The notes under the pieces are model-generated. The model ran no database searches, was not told where the DNA came from, and saw only the letters and a program-made list of their open reading frames with translations. The translations under genes and the position numbers were made by a program. A DNA stretch of 64,000 nt from the NCBI GenBank assembly GCA_963781585.1, contig CAWAGQ010000004.1, positions 768,001-832,000 on the forward strand, given 5' to 3'. How positions within the stretch are numbered: position 1 is the first letter of the stretch; each line of letters starts with the position of its first letter. Below, one piece after another: positions 41,022 to 50,415 of the stretch. The DNA is from an uncultured Gemmatimonadaceae bacterium. Its GTDB lineage: Bacteria > Gemmatimonadota > Gemmatimonadetes > Gemmatimonadales > Gemmatimonadaceae.

Positions 41022-42805
41022 GGGGTCACGCCTAACGCGTGGACCGCATACCAGACCGAGTAGGCCAGCAGTCCGGCCAGCGACGCGTCGGTGCCATTCC
41101 CGGCGGCCCGCCCGTCGGCGTCCACCTCCTCGGCCGCCATCCCCTGGTGGAGCGGCGCCCGCCGCAACCACTCCATCACCGTCCGCGCGTCCGGACCCAT
41201 CAGCCGCGCGCACTGCTGCACCAGATACCGCGGCGACAGGTCCAGCCCCCGTACGGTGCGCCGGTACGCCGAGTCGGAGCGGTCGACCATGTCGTACAGC
41301 GGGAGCCAGAGCACCGACACCAGCGGATCATCGTCGGCTACCGCCTCGCCCGCGAGATTGATGGCCGAGAGAAAGATCTCCTTGCCGTCGCGATCCTTGG
41401 AGAAGTGGCGGCGCAACGCGGCCCGCACCGCCTCGGGGTCCTGCACGTCGCGGGCGGTCTCCTCGTCCAGCGTCCGGCGAAAGACCTCGAGCGCCTGCGC
41501 CACCACGGCGTTGCCGTGCAGTGTGTACGGGAAGGCCGCGGGCCGCCCCGACGGCGTCACCTCCGTGGAGTACAGCGGAATCTGCTCGTTGCGACGCGCG
41601 GTGATGTCTTCCTTCGAGAGATAGAGCGTATCGGCAAGTACCGGCTCTTCGACGATCTGATCGTCTCCGGTCTCGCGGATGTAGCGATCGGTGGCCAGCG
41701 CGTAGGCCGCCGCCCCCTCGATGCAGAAGCCGGGCTCGAACAGCGCCCCGTCGAAATAGCGGACGCCGCTCCCCGGCGCGTAGCCGTGCAGTTCGCACGC
41801 CCGCAGCAACAGCTCGCGCGCCAGCGGCGGGTCTGCCAGCTGGACCGCGGGAATCGTCCAGTTCAGCGCCTCCCACTCGCGCACCGTCACCCCGCGACCG
41901 TGCCACGGCGCGCGCGTGCGCACCACGTAGAAGTGGGCGTCGTCCAGCGCGCGCGCCACGCTGAAGAAGTAGGCCAGCAGCAGATTGCGGTTGATCAGCC
42001 CGTCCAGCGAGTCCTGGCCGCTGCTCTGCTCGAGCGCACGCAGTGCCTCACGAGTGGCCGCGAGCAGGCTCCGCCATCCGCGACGCCGCATGACCGATAC
42101 GGTCGACTCGGCACCGTCACCCTCGGGGCCCACCGCAAGATAGAACGCCGTTTCCGCGCGGCCCCCCGCCCCCGCGCGCATCTGTCGTCGGATGGCGAAC
42201 CGCGGCGGCGCATCCTCGTCCACCGTGATGGTGGAGTCCCCGTCGCTGCCGATCGCGAGCGCCACCAGTCCGGGAAGGGCGCCACCCCGGAGGATCACCG
42301 CGTCCGATTCACCCCGCTGCACGATGTGGGCATCCCCGAACGGACGCGAGGTGCGAACGCGTAGCTGCCGATGGCCGAGCCGCCCCTCGAGGCCGATGGT
42401 CAGCTGGACCTCGCTCGCACCGCGGTTCTCGACCGAGATCGCGTAGACTGCGCCCGCCGTGTCCGCGTCGCGACCGTACGGGGCAAAAACGGTGGCGCGG
42501 ATCGTGAGCGCTCCCACGTTGCACACGAAGGCGGGTATCCATCCCACCACCCGCTCCCATGCCAGTTGCGCCCCGGCCAGAACGATCGGCGTGCCGTCCA
42601 CTTCGATGACCGGACGCGCGAGGGGCGCACCCTTCCCGCTCACGAACTCCGCGTCGCCGGCGAACTCCACCGCCGAACGCGAGCCGCGGTGCAGCACGCC
42701 CACGGCATGGATGGCGCCGTCAGCGGGATGAATGCACGGCAGCGCAATCCAGTGATTGCCGGTGATCTGCCACGGTACGGCCGGTATCGGCGAGGTGGTG
42801 TGCAT
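41018..42805 (-). CDS. Putative (alpha/alpha)6 glycoside hydrolase (GH125/GH15-like), no signal peptide
   Basis: Beta-rich N-terminus and a helical, Trp/Tyr-rich C-terminal half; translationally coupled to galK. The family call is tentative. Confidence 0.55.
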   Translation of the reverse strand: MHTTSPIPAVPWQITGNHWIALPCIHPADGAIHAVGVLHRGSRSAVEFAGDAEFVSGKGAPLARPVIEVDGTPIVLAGAQLAWERVVGWIPAFVCNVGALTIRATVFAPYGRDADTAGAVYAISVENRGASEVQLTIGLEGRLGHRQLRVRTSRPFGDAHIVQRGESDAVILRGGALPGLVALAIGSDGDSTITVDEDAPPRFAIRRQMRAGAGGRAETAFYLAVGPEGDGAESTVSVMRRRGWRSLLAATREALRALEQSSGQDSLDGLINRNLLLAYFFSVARALDDAHFYVVRTRAPWHGRGVTVREWEALNWTIPAVQLADPPLARELLLRACELHGYAPGSGVRYFDGALFEPGFCIEGAAAYALATDRYIRETGDDQIVEEPVLADTLYLSKEDITARRNEQIPLYSTEVTPSGRPAAFPYTLHGNAVVAQALEVFRRTLDEETARDVQDPEAVRAALRRHFSKDRDGKEIFLSAINLAGEAVADDDPLVSVLWLPLYDMVDRSDSAYRRTVRGLDLSPRYLVQQCARLMGPDARTVMEWLRRAPLHQGMAAEEVDADGRAAGNGTDASLAGLLAYSVWYAVHALGVTP

Positions 42806-42843
42806 GCCGTTACTTTCCCAGACGCCCTGTCGGCCGCGGCCGC

Positions 42844-44664
42844 ATGCTGCCGCCATCGCGCGGGCGACGTCGCTACCATCAGCTCGAATCTCCGCAACTT
42901 ACCGTGTTGCCGTCGAAGTACAACGGACGACGGCCGAGCCTGCAGGCGCTCCTCGCGCCCGCCTCTCTCGTCTTCCTCTGCGTCGTCGTTGCCCCCGCCC
43001 CCGCACGTGCGCAGTGGGTCCTGGGGCCGTGGGACGACGCCTCGGTGGCGCCGCGCGGCACGCTGCGCGCGGGCATCTCCACCTCGTGGACCCACGCCAA
43101 CGAACGCTTCCGGCGGTCGGGCACCAATGTCGAGACGCTCGGCGCGGACTTCACCCGCGACAGCCTGGGGCCCGCCGCGATTCCGCTGCTCGGCAGCCTG
43201 CGGACCCCGCTCCAGTCGCTGACCGGGCTTGCCAACCCGCCGCTCTCGCTCGGCCGGTTGCACGTGGACCTCGAGGCCACGGCCTACGTCACGCCCATCA
43301 CTCTGGAGTACGGAGTGACCAGCCGGTTGTCGCTGGGCGTCGTGGTGCCGTACGTCAAGACGCGCGCCGAGATCCTGGCCAATATGAATCCCAACGGTCC
43401 GGAGGGCACGCTGGGGCTCAACCCTGCCTACGCGGTCGTCGGCGCGAGGACCACCAACAGCCAGGTGGTGACGCAGCTCCAGGCGGCGGCGATGCAGGTG
43501 GAGAGCGAGCTGGCGCGGTGCCTGAACGACACCTCGGCGTCGTGCATGGCGATCAACGCGGATCGTCAGGCGGCCGCCGACCTGGCGACGACCGCCACGT
43601 CGACGGCCGGCCTGATCGCTGCGATCTACGGGACGGACGTCGCCAAGGGATCGCCGTTCGCTCCGGTCGGCCACACCGTGCTGCAGACGGCGGTCGAGAC
43701 GCGCCTGACGAATATGGATGCGCAGTTCCTGGCACTGCTGGGCGCTCCGACCGGCGGAGGCGCGGCATGGATCGGTGCGCGGCCGGTTGGCGCGCCGCCA
43801 TTGGCGTACGCCGGCCTGCAGCACATGCTCACCGATTCGGCGGTGGGCATCGCGGGTGTGCCGTTGACCGATATCGAGCGGAGCCACATCGGGGACATCG
43901 AGGTCGGGGGGAAGCTGGTTCTGTTCGACACCTTCGGGTCGGCGTCGGTCGGCGCGCCGCCGCGGGGCCTTGGCGCGCGCGCTGCGATCGCCGCCTCGGT
44001 TCGTCTGGCGACCGCGCAGCACGACACCCCCAACGATTTCGCGGACATCGGGACCGGCGATCGTCAGAACGACGTGGAGGTGCGCGGCTACCTCGACCTG
44101 CTGGCGGGGCACCGGTGGTGGGCGTCGCTGATCGGACGATATGGGGTGCAGCGCCCGGATCGCCTCACGCTGCGGGTACCGGCGGTGGTGGGTGAGCCGT
44201 TCCCGCCGCTCGCGAGCGAGCGCGAGGTGGGTCGCGACCTGGGCGACTACATGGAGGTGGAGGTCGCGCCACGCTGGGCGCCCAACGACGCGCTGTCATT
44301 CAGCGCCGACTACCGGTATCGCAGCAAACAGGCCGACCGCTATACGGGCGCCCCGTTCGACATTCCCGATCTCGCCGGCGGTTCGATCACGCTCCTTCCG
44401 GCGCTGCTCGGCCAGTTCACGGCCCAGAAGGAGCAGCGGGTGGGGGTGGCCCTCACCTTCTCCACCGTGCGGCAATACGAGCTGCACCGGGCGCCCTGGC
44501 CGCTGGAGGTGTCGCTCTTCCACACCCAGGTCCTGGCCGGCCAGGGCGTACCCAAGACCTTCGCGACCGCGGTGTCGCTGCGGCTGTATCATTCCCTGTT
44601 CGGGAGCGACCGGCGCGCGCCTGCACGTCGGGGCGCCGTCGGACTCGCGTCAGGCGGACGCTAG
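42844..44664 (+). CDS. Hypothetical exported, outer-membrane beta-barrel-like protein
   Basis: Signal-like LVFLCVVVAPAPARA and amphipathic beta-strands (LEYGVTSRLSLGVVVPYV, IGDIEVGGK). Start is uncertain. Confidence 0.7.
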   Translation: MLPPSRGRRRYHQLESPQLTVLPSKYNGRRPSLQALLAPASLVFLCVVVAPAPARAQWVLGPWDDASVAPRGTLRAGISTSWTHANERFRRSGTNVETLGADFTRDSLGPAAIPLLGSLRTPLQSLTGLANPPLSLGRLHVDLEATAYVTPITLEYGVTSRLSLGVVVPYVKTRAEILANMNPNGPEGTLGLNPAYAVVGARTTNSQVVTQLQAAAMQVESELARCLNDTSASCMAINADRQAAADLATTATSTAGLIAAIYGTDVAKGSPFAPVGHTVLQTAVETRLTNMDAQFLALLGAPTGGGAAWIGARPVGAPPLAYAGLQHMLTDSAVGIAGVPLTDIERSHIGDIEVGGKLVLFDTFGSASVGAPPRGLGARAAIAASVRLATAQHDTPNDFADIGTGDRQNDVEVRGYLDLLAGHRWWASLIGRYGVQRPDRLTLRVPAVVGEPFPPLASEREVGRDLGDYMEVEVAPRWAPNDALSFSADYRYRSKQADRYTGAPFDIPDLAGGSITLLPALLGQFTAQKEQRVGVALTFSTVRQYELHRAPWPLEVSLFHTQVLAGQGVPKTFATAVSLRLYHSLFGSDRRAPARRGAVGLASGGR

Positions 44665-44724
44665 GCATTCGTCAGGCTGGCGTTAGGCAGTCGTGAGGCG
44701 CTCGTCAGGCGCTCGTCAGGCGGC
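44648..44724 (+). repeat. Seven 11-bp tandem units, consensus CGT(C/T)AGGC-NNN
   Basis: Units start at 44648, 44659, 44670, 44681, 44692, 44703 and 44714. Confidence 0.9.
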
Positions 44725-44800
44725 GCATCCCGCTGGCCGCCGAGGCGGGGTACCCGCAATCCCGGGGGGCTCCCGCCCGGCGAGAACCGGGCGACCGGGC

Positions 44801-46540
44801 TCAGGCGCGGCGCCTGCGCGGACCGCCCGCCGGCCGCGCCCGACCCGGAGCCGGCGGCGGTGCGGGCGTGCGGGGCGCCGACGCGGCATCGAGCAGCTCG
44901 CGCGCGTGCGCCCGGCTCACCGGGCTCCCCGGATCGCCGTCGAGCATTCGTGCCAGTTCCCCGACTCGCGCATCGCCCGACACCACCGCCACGTCGGCCG
45001 CGGTGACCCCCTCCCGCGCCCCCTTCGTCACCGCGATCTGATGGTGCGCGCGGGCCGCGATCTGCGCCAGGTGCGTGATCACCACGACCTGATGGTGCGC
45101 CGACACGTCGCGCAGCGCGCTTCCGACCTGGAGCGCCACCGCGCCCCCGATCCCGGCATCGACTTCGTCGAACACCAGCGTCGGGACCCGGTCCAGCCGC
45201 GCCAGGATCGTCTTGAGCGCCAGCATCACGCGCGACAGCTCGCCACCCGACGCCACCCGCGCCAACGGCCGCTCCTCGTGCCCCACGTTGAGCGCCACGC
45301 GAAACTCCACATCCTCGGCCCCGGTAGACGCAATGGACCCGCGCGGGGAGAGCACCACCGTGAACCGGCCGTCGGGGAGCCCGAGATCGGGGAGCAAGGC
45401 CGTGACCTCGGCCGCCAGACGCGAGGCCCCGGCCGCCCTCCGCCGCGTCAGCTCGGCGGCCGCGTCGCGCAGCGTCCGCTCGGCCTCCTCCTGCCGGGCG
45501 CCTAACGTGCGGAGGTCCAGATCGGCCGTGTCGAGGACATCCAGTTCCGCGCGCGCCTCGGCCAGTGTCTGGAGTACCGCCGCCACCGACCCTCCGTACT
45601 TCCGGGTGACGCGCTGGATGATGTCTCGTCGATCCTCGATCTGTGCCAGGCGATCGGGATCGGCGTCGAGCGACGCCTCGTAGGTGCCAAGTTCCCGCAC
45701 CAGGTCCTCCAGCGACACGAAGGCGCCGTCGAGCCCCTCCTGCAGCCGGAAGAGCGTCGGATCGAGTCGCTGGGCAGTCGCCAGCGACCTGCGCGCCACG
45801 GCCAGACGGGCCAGGACCGACCAGTCCCCGCTCTCCACCGCCCCGCGGATCTCTCCCACCGCGGCGCGCAGATCCTCCACGTGCGCCAGTCGCTGTCCCT
45901 CGTCGGCCAGCCGCTCCGCCTCACCTTCCACCAGCCTGGCGTCGGCGATCTCGCGCGCGACGTGCCGCAGATAATCCGCCCGGCGGTCCGCGGTCTCGCG
46001 CCGCGCGGTGAGCGACACGATCTCGGTGCGGATGGCCGATGCCTGGGCGAACGCATCCAGAACGCGCCGCGAAAGATCCGCGCCGTCGGCAAACGCGTCC
46101 ACCACGGCGCGCTGAGCGTCCGAGTGCAACAACGTCTGCGACTCGTGCTGGCCATGGAGATTCGCGAGCATCCGGCCGGCTTCGGCGAGCACCGCCGTCG
46201 TCACCGCCGACCCGTTGATCCAGGCCCTGCTCCGGCCCCCCGCGGCCACCTCCCGCCGGAGCACGACCAGCCCGTCCTCCACGTCCAGCCCATGGTCGTC
46301 CAGGGTGGTCACCACCTCGGGTACGTCGCGCGCGTCGAACACGCCTTCCACCACCGCCCGGTCGGCGCCGGTGCGCACCACGTCCGCGTTCGCGCGCTCG
46401 CCCAGCAGCAGCCCCAGGGCGCCGACGATAATGGACTTGCCCGCTCCGGTCTCGCCCGACAGCACGTTGAACCCGGATTCCAGCGGAAGCGTCAGCGACT
46501 CGATGATCGCCAGGTTCCGAATCCGCAGTTCCCGCAGCAT
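44801..46540 (-). CDS. recN: DNA repair protein RecN
   Basis: MLRELRIRNLAII, SGETGAGKS, VASGGELSR, FDEVDAGIGG and ITHLAQIA. Confidence 0.96.
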   Translation of the reverse strand: MLRELRIRNLAIIESLTLPLESGFNVLSGETGAGKSIIVGALGLLLGERANADVVRTGADRAVVEGVFDARDVPEVVTTLDDHGLDVEDGLVVLRREVAAGGRSRAWINGSAVTTAVLAEAGRMLANLHGQHESQTLLHSDAQRAVVDAFADGADLSRRVLDAFAQASAIRTEIVSLTARRETADRRADYLRHVAREIADARLVEGEAERLADEGQRLAHVEDLRAAVGEIRGAVESGDWSVLARLAVARRSLATAQRLDPTLFRLQEGLDGAFVSLEDLVRELGTYEASLDADPDRLAQIEDRRDIIQRVTRKYGGSVAAVLQTLAEARAELDVLDTADLDLRTLGARQEEAERTLRDAAAELTRRRAAGASRLAAEVTALLPDLGLPDGRFTVVLSPRGSIASTGAEDVEFRVALNVGHEERPLARVASGGELSRVMLALKTILARLDRVPTLVFDEVDAGIGGAVALQVGSALRDVSAHHQVVVITHLAQIAARAHHQIAVTKGAREGVTAADVAVVSGDARVGELARMLDGDPGSPVSRAHARELLDAASAPRTPAPPPAPGRARPAGGPRRRRA

Positions 46541-47391
46541 CAGTCGCGCACGTCGTCGCCGATGGTCCCCCAGCCCAGCTTGCGCCGCATTCGCGAGAAG
46601 AACGTCACCTCGGGGAAGCGCACCAGCAGTACCGGCCGCGCCGCCTTGCGCACCGTGAGCGATTCGGCTCCGCCTAACGTGGTGCCGACCTGGCCGTCGA
46701 CGGTGACCAGCGAGTCGCTGTCCTCGCCGGCGTGCACCACCACCGTGGCCTGGGGGCCGAGCACCAGCGGGCGGACGGCCAGCGCATGCGCCGAGATCGG
46801 GGTGACGATGATGGAGTCGTGCCCCGGCACCACGATCGGACCGCCTGCCGAGAGGCTGTAGGCGGTGGACCCGGTGGGAGTGGAGAGCACGATCCCGTCG
46901 GCCGCGAATGTCGCGATCGTCTCGCCATCGATCTCCAGCCGCGTGTGCATCACGCGCGCCTTGCCGCCCTTGTGCAGCACCACGTCGTTCAGCGCGTACC
47001 AGCAGCGGGCGGCCTGGGCCACGGACGGAAAGGCCTCGAGCGCCATCCGGGTGTCGGCGCGAAAGTCCCCCGCCACGAAGCGGCGCAGGCCGGTCTCCAT
47101 TTCGTCGCCGCCACAGGAAGTGAGGAATCCCAGCCGGCCGAGATTGATGCCGAGGATGGGGACGCTGCGTCCCGCGAGCAGACGTGCGCCGCGCAGCAGC
47201 GTCCCGTCGCCGCCCAGGGTCATCAGGAGATCGACCTGGTCGGCGTCGAGCAGGGGAGTCGTGGACGTCCCCTGCAGATCGGTCTCGAACGACAGGTTCG
47301 CCCCCACCGCCGGCGCCACGCGCTGCAGCCGGTCGAGGATGGCCGGCAGTCCGGCGTAGTCGCGATTGCCGATGACGCCGATTCGCGTCAC
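46540..47391 (-). CDS. nadK: NAD+ kinase
   Basis: LGGDGTLL, GINLGRLGFL, ALND and STPTGSTAYSLSAGGP. Confidence 0.96.
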   Translation of the reverse strand: MTRIGVIGNRDYAGLPAILDRLQRVAPAVGANLSFETDLQGTSTTPLLDADQVDLLMTLGGDGTLLRGARLLAGRSVPILGINLGRLGFLTSCGGDEMETGLRRFVAGDFRADTRMALEAFPSVAQAARCWYALNDVVLHKGGKARVMHTRLEIDGETIATFAADGIVLSTPTGSTAYSLSAGGPIVVPGHDSIIVTPISAHALAVRPLVLGPQATVVVHAGEDSDSLVTVDGQVGTTLGGAESLTVRKAARPVLLVRFPEVTFFSRMRRKLGWGTIGDDVRD

Positions 47392-49268
47392 CCGGTGAGC
47401 GCCTCGCTCTCGCGCAGCGCGCGCACGCGGTCCGCGATGCCGGCGGCATCGAGACCGGTCGCCGCCAGTTGCCGCGCCCGCGGTGCGGCGGGGATGATCC
47501 GGTCGGGGACCCCGTGCGCCACCACGCGGACCGTGTGGTCGAGCCGCTCCACCTCCGCCGCGATCATCGCCCCGAAGCCGTTCACCACCGTCCCCTCCTC
47601 CACCACCAGCAGCGAACGATGATCGGCCACCAGGGCCGCGAGCGTGAGCGTGTCATACGGCTTCAGGAAGCGGCAGTTGACCACAGTGATGTCGAACCCT
47701 TCCCCAGCCAGGGCCGACGCTGCGTCGAGCGACGGCAGCACCATCGTGCCGACGCCGAGGATGGCGATCTCGCTGCCTTTGCGCAGCACCTCCCAGGTCC
47801 CTTCCGGCACGGCCGGGATCTCCGCCATCGCCGGCGGCACGTCGGGCGCCGCCGCGCGAGGATAGCGGAGCGCGAACGGCCCCCCACGGTGGCGGATCGC
47901 GGTCTTCAGAAGCCCGAGCATCTCGGCCGCGTCCTTCGGGGCGGTCACGGTCATATTCGGCACCGCCAGCATGTACGCGATGTCGTAGAGGCCCATGTGG
48001 GTCTCGCCGTCCTCCCCCACCAGGCCCGCGCGATCGAGACAGAACGTCACGGGCAGCCGCTGGATCGCGACATCGTGAATGATGCTGTCGTAGGCGCGTT
48101 GCAGGAACGTCGAATAGATGGCGGCCACCGGCCGCACGCCACGCGTGGCCAGGCCCGCGGCGAACGTCACCGCGTGCGCCTCGGCGATGCCCACGTCGAA
48201 GAAGCGCGTGGGGTGCTTCTCGGCCACGGCGTCGGTGCCGGTGCCACTCGGCATCGCCGCGGTAATGGCGACCACGTCGCGTTCTTCGTTCATCAACTCC
48301 ACCAGCCCGCGACCGAACACCTTCGTGTAGTTGGGATTCGCGGTCGAGGTCTTGCGCTGCTTGCCGGTGGCCGGGTCGTGACCAGGTGGCAGCGCGTGCC
48401 ACTTCTCCACGTGCTCGCCGGCGGGGAATCCCTTCCCCTTCTGCGTCACCACGTGCACCAGGCGCGGTCCGTGCATCGAGCGGACGGCCGAGAAGGTGTC
48501 CAGCAGCTGATCGATGTCGTGTCCGTCGATCGGTCCGAAGTACCGGAAGCCCAGCTCCTCGAACAGCACCCCCGGCGTCAGAAACGACTTGACGCTCTCC
48601 TCCCACTTCCGCACCAGCGTGCTGAGCGCCGGGCGTCCCTGCACCACCTCGCCGATCCTGGCGCGCACCCGGTTGTAGAGCGGGTTCCGCTGCACCGAGT
48701 TCAGGTACTTGGAGATCGCTCCCACGTTAGGCGCGATCGACATCTCGTTGTCGTTCAACACGACGATGATGTCGCGCCCGGAGTGGCCGGCGTTGTTCAG
48801 CCCTTCGTAGGCGAGCCCGCAGGTCAGGGCGCCGTCCCCGACCACCGCCACCACGCGATACGACTCGCCCAGCACGTCGCGTCCGGCCGCCATCCCCAGG
48901 GCCGCCGAGATGGCCGTCCCGGCGTGTCCCGCGCCGAACGCGTCGTACTCGCTCTCGCTGCGCTTGAGGAAGCCGGAGAGCCCGCCTTCCTGACGCAGCG
49001 ATTCCATGCGCTCGTTGCGGCCGGTCAGGACCTTGTGGGGATACCCCTGGTGGCCCACGTCCCACACCAGCTGGTCGCGCGGCGTGTCGAACGCGGTGTG
49101 GAGCGCGATCGTCAGCTCCACCACACCGAGCCCGGCGCCGATGTGTCCGCCGGTGCGCGAGCAGACATCGATCAGTCGCTGCCGGATCTCCGGCGCCAGC
49201 GCCCGCAGCTCCTCGCGCGTCAGCGCGCGCAGGTCGTCGGCTCCGTGAATGCGATCGAGGATGGGCAT
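47388..49268 (-). CDS. dxs: 1-deoxy-D-xylulose-5-phosphate synthase
   Basis: WDVGHQGYPHK, GDGALT..E.LNN, FDVGIAEAHA and DRAGLVGEDGETH. Confidence 0.97.
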   Translation of the reverse strand: MPILDRIHGADDLRALTREELRALAPEIRQRLIDVCSRTGGHIGAGLGVVELTIALHTAFDTPRDQLVWDVGHQGYPHKVLTGRNERMESLRQEGGLSGFLKRSESEYDAFGAGHAGTAISAALGMAAGRDVLGESYRVVAVVGDGALTCGLAYEGLNNAGHSGRDIIVVLNDNEMSIAPNVGAISKYLNSVQRNPLYNRVRARIGEVVQGRPALSTLVRKWEESVKSFLTPGVLFEELGFRYFGPIDGHDIDQLLDTFSAVRSMHGPRLVHVVTQKGKGFPAGEHVEKWHALPPGHDPATGKQRKTSTANPNYTKVFGRGLVELMNEERDVVAITAAMPSGTGTDAVAEKHPTRFFDVGIAEAHAVTFAAGLATRGVRPVAAIYSTFLQRAYDSIIHDVAIQRLPVTFCLDRAGLVGEDGETHMGLYDIAYMLAVPNMTVTAPKDAAEMLGLLKTAIRHRGGPFALRYPRAAAPDVPPAMAEIPAVPEGTWEVLRKGSEIAILGVGTMVLPSLDAASALAGEGFDITVVNCRFLKPYDTLTLAALVADHRSLLVVEEGTVVNGFGAMIAAEVERLDHTVRVVAHGVPDRIIPAAPRARQLAATGLDAAGIADRVRALRESEALTG

Positions 49269-49313
49269 GGCGGGATGCGAGCGGGGTGCCGTACGAGGGG
49301 CAATCTAGCGGAA

Positions 49314-50210
49314 TTACGAGGTGCGTTCGACGACGTACGAGGCCAGCGCGTCCAGCGCGGGGGTGGAGCGGCCGCCCTGGCGGAGGAAGGCGCAGGCCTC
49401 GCTGGCCAGCGATCGGGCGCGCGCCAGCGCTCCCTCCACCCCGAGCAGCACCGGATAGGTGCTCTTGCGCAGGGCGGCGTCGTGCCCCGCGGTCTTGCCC
49501 AGCTGGTCGGTGGTCGCCGTGACGTCGAGGATGTCGTCGGCGATCTGGAAAGCCAGTCCGAGCGCCTCTCCGTAGCGGGTGAGCACCGCCAGCGTGACAG
49601 CGTCCGCCCCGGCCGCCAATGCCCCAATCCTCGCCGACGCCGTGATGAGCATGCCGGTCTTGGCCCGGTGAACGCGTTCCAGCTCCTCCATCTCCAGGCG
49701 CCGTCCCTCGGCCTCGAGATCGAGCAGCTGGCCGCCGATCATCCCCCCAGCCCCGGCCGCCCGCATCAACTCCGCCACGATCTCCCCCGACCGCTGCGGC
49801 GACAGTCCCAGCGCGCGCCCCGCCTGGTACGCCGCGCGGGCCGCGAGCGGCACCATCGCCACGCCGGCCGCGGTAGCGGTGGGGACGCCGAACACGCGGT
49901 GCACCGTGGGCCGGCCGCGACGGACGCTGTCGTTGTCCATGCACGGGAGGTCGTCGTGGACCAGGGAGTACGCGTGCACGACCTCCACCGCCGCCGCCAG
50001 CCCGCTCGCATCGGCCAGTCCGCCGCCCGCACGGTAGCTCTCGATGACCAGCAGACCGCGCAGCCGCTTTCCCTCGCCGAGCAGGCTGTAGCGGATGGCA
50101 TCGGCCACGTGGGGCGCGGTGCCGCTGAGGTCGCGCGCGCACATGGTCTGCAGGGCGGCGTCGACCAGATCGCGGTCGGCGCCGAGCAGATCCAGTGCCG
50201 CGTCAGGCAT
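49314..50210 (-). CDS. ispA: Polyprenyl (farnesyl) diphosphate synthase
   Basis: GKRLR, SLVHDDLPCMDND..RRG and FQIADDILD. Confidence 0.93.
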   Translation of the reverse strand: MPDAALDLLGADRDLVDAALQTMCARDLSGTAPHVADAIRYSLLGEGKRLRGLLVIESYRAGGGLADASGLAAAVEVVHAYSLVHDDLPCMDNDSVRRGRPTVHRVFGVPTATAAGVAMVPLAARAAYQAGRALGLSPQRSGEIVAELMRAAGAGGMIGGQLLDLEAEGRRLEMEELERVHRAKTGMLITASARIGALAAGADAVTLAVLTRYGEALGLAFQIADDILDVTATTDQLGKTAGHDAALRKSTYPVLLGVEGALARARSLASEACAFLRQGGRSTPALDALASYVVERTS

Positions 50211-50415
50211 TCAGGTCGCGCACCTCGAACACGCCGTCGGCTCGCTCGCGCAGCACCTTCACGGTGGTTTCGGCAGCCGCCAGCGCGGCCGTGGCTTCGC
50301 GAAGGCGTGTCACTCCTTCCTCGAACAGCGCGAGCGCCCGGTCGAGCGCGAGGTCGTCCTCCTCCAGCGACTGCACGATCTCTTCCAGCCGCCGCAGGCT
50401 CGCTTCGAAGCTCAT
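50203..50415 (-). CDS. xseB: Exodeoxyribonuclease VII small subunit
   Basis: [17 protein letters not shown]...LFEEG; lies between xseA and ispA. Confidence 0.93.
   Translation of the reverse strand: MSFEASLRRLEEIVQSLEEDDLALDRALALFEEGVTRLREATAALAAAETTVKVLRERADGVFEVRDLNA

Noticed and set aside
44648..44724. Possible CRISPR or mini-CRISPR reading of the 11-bp and 14-bp arrays
   Set aside because: Units and spacers are far too short, and no cas gene is in the window.
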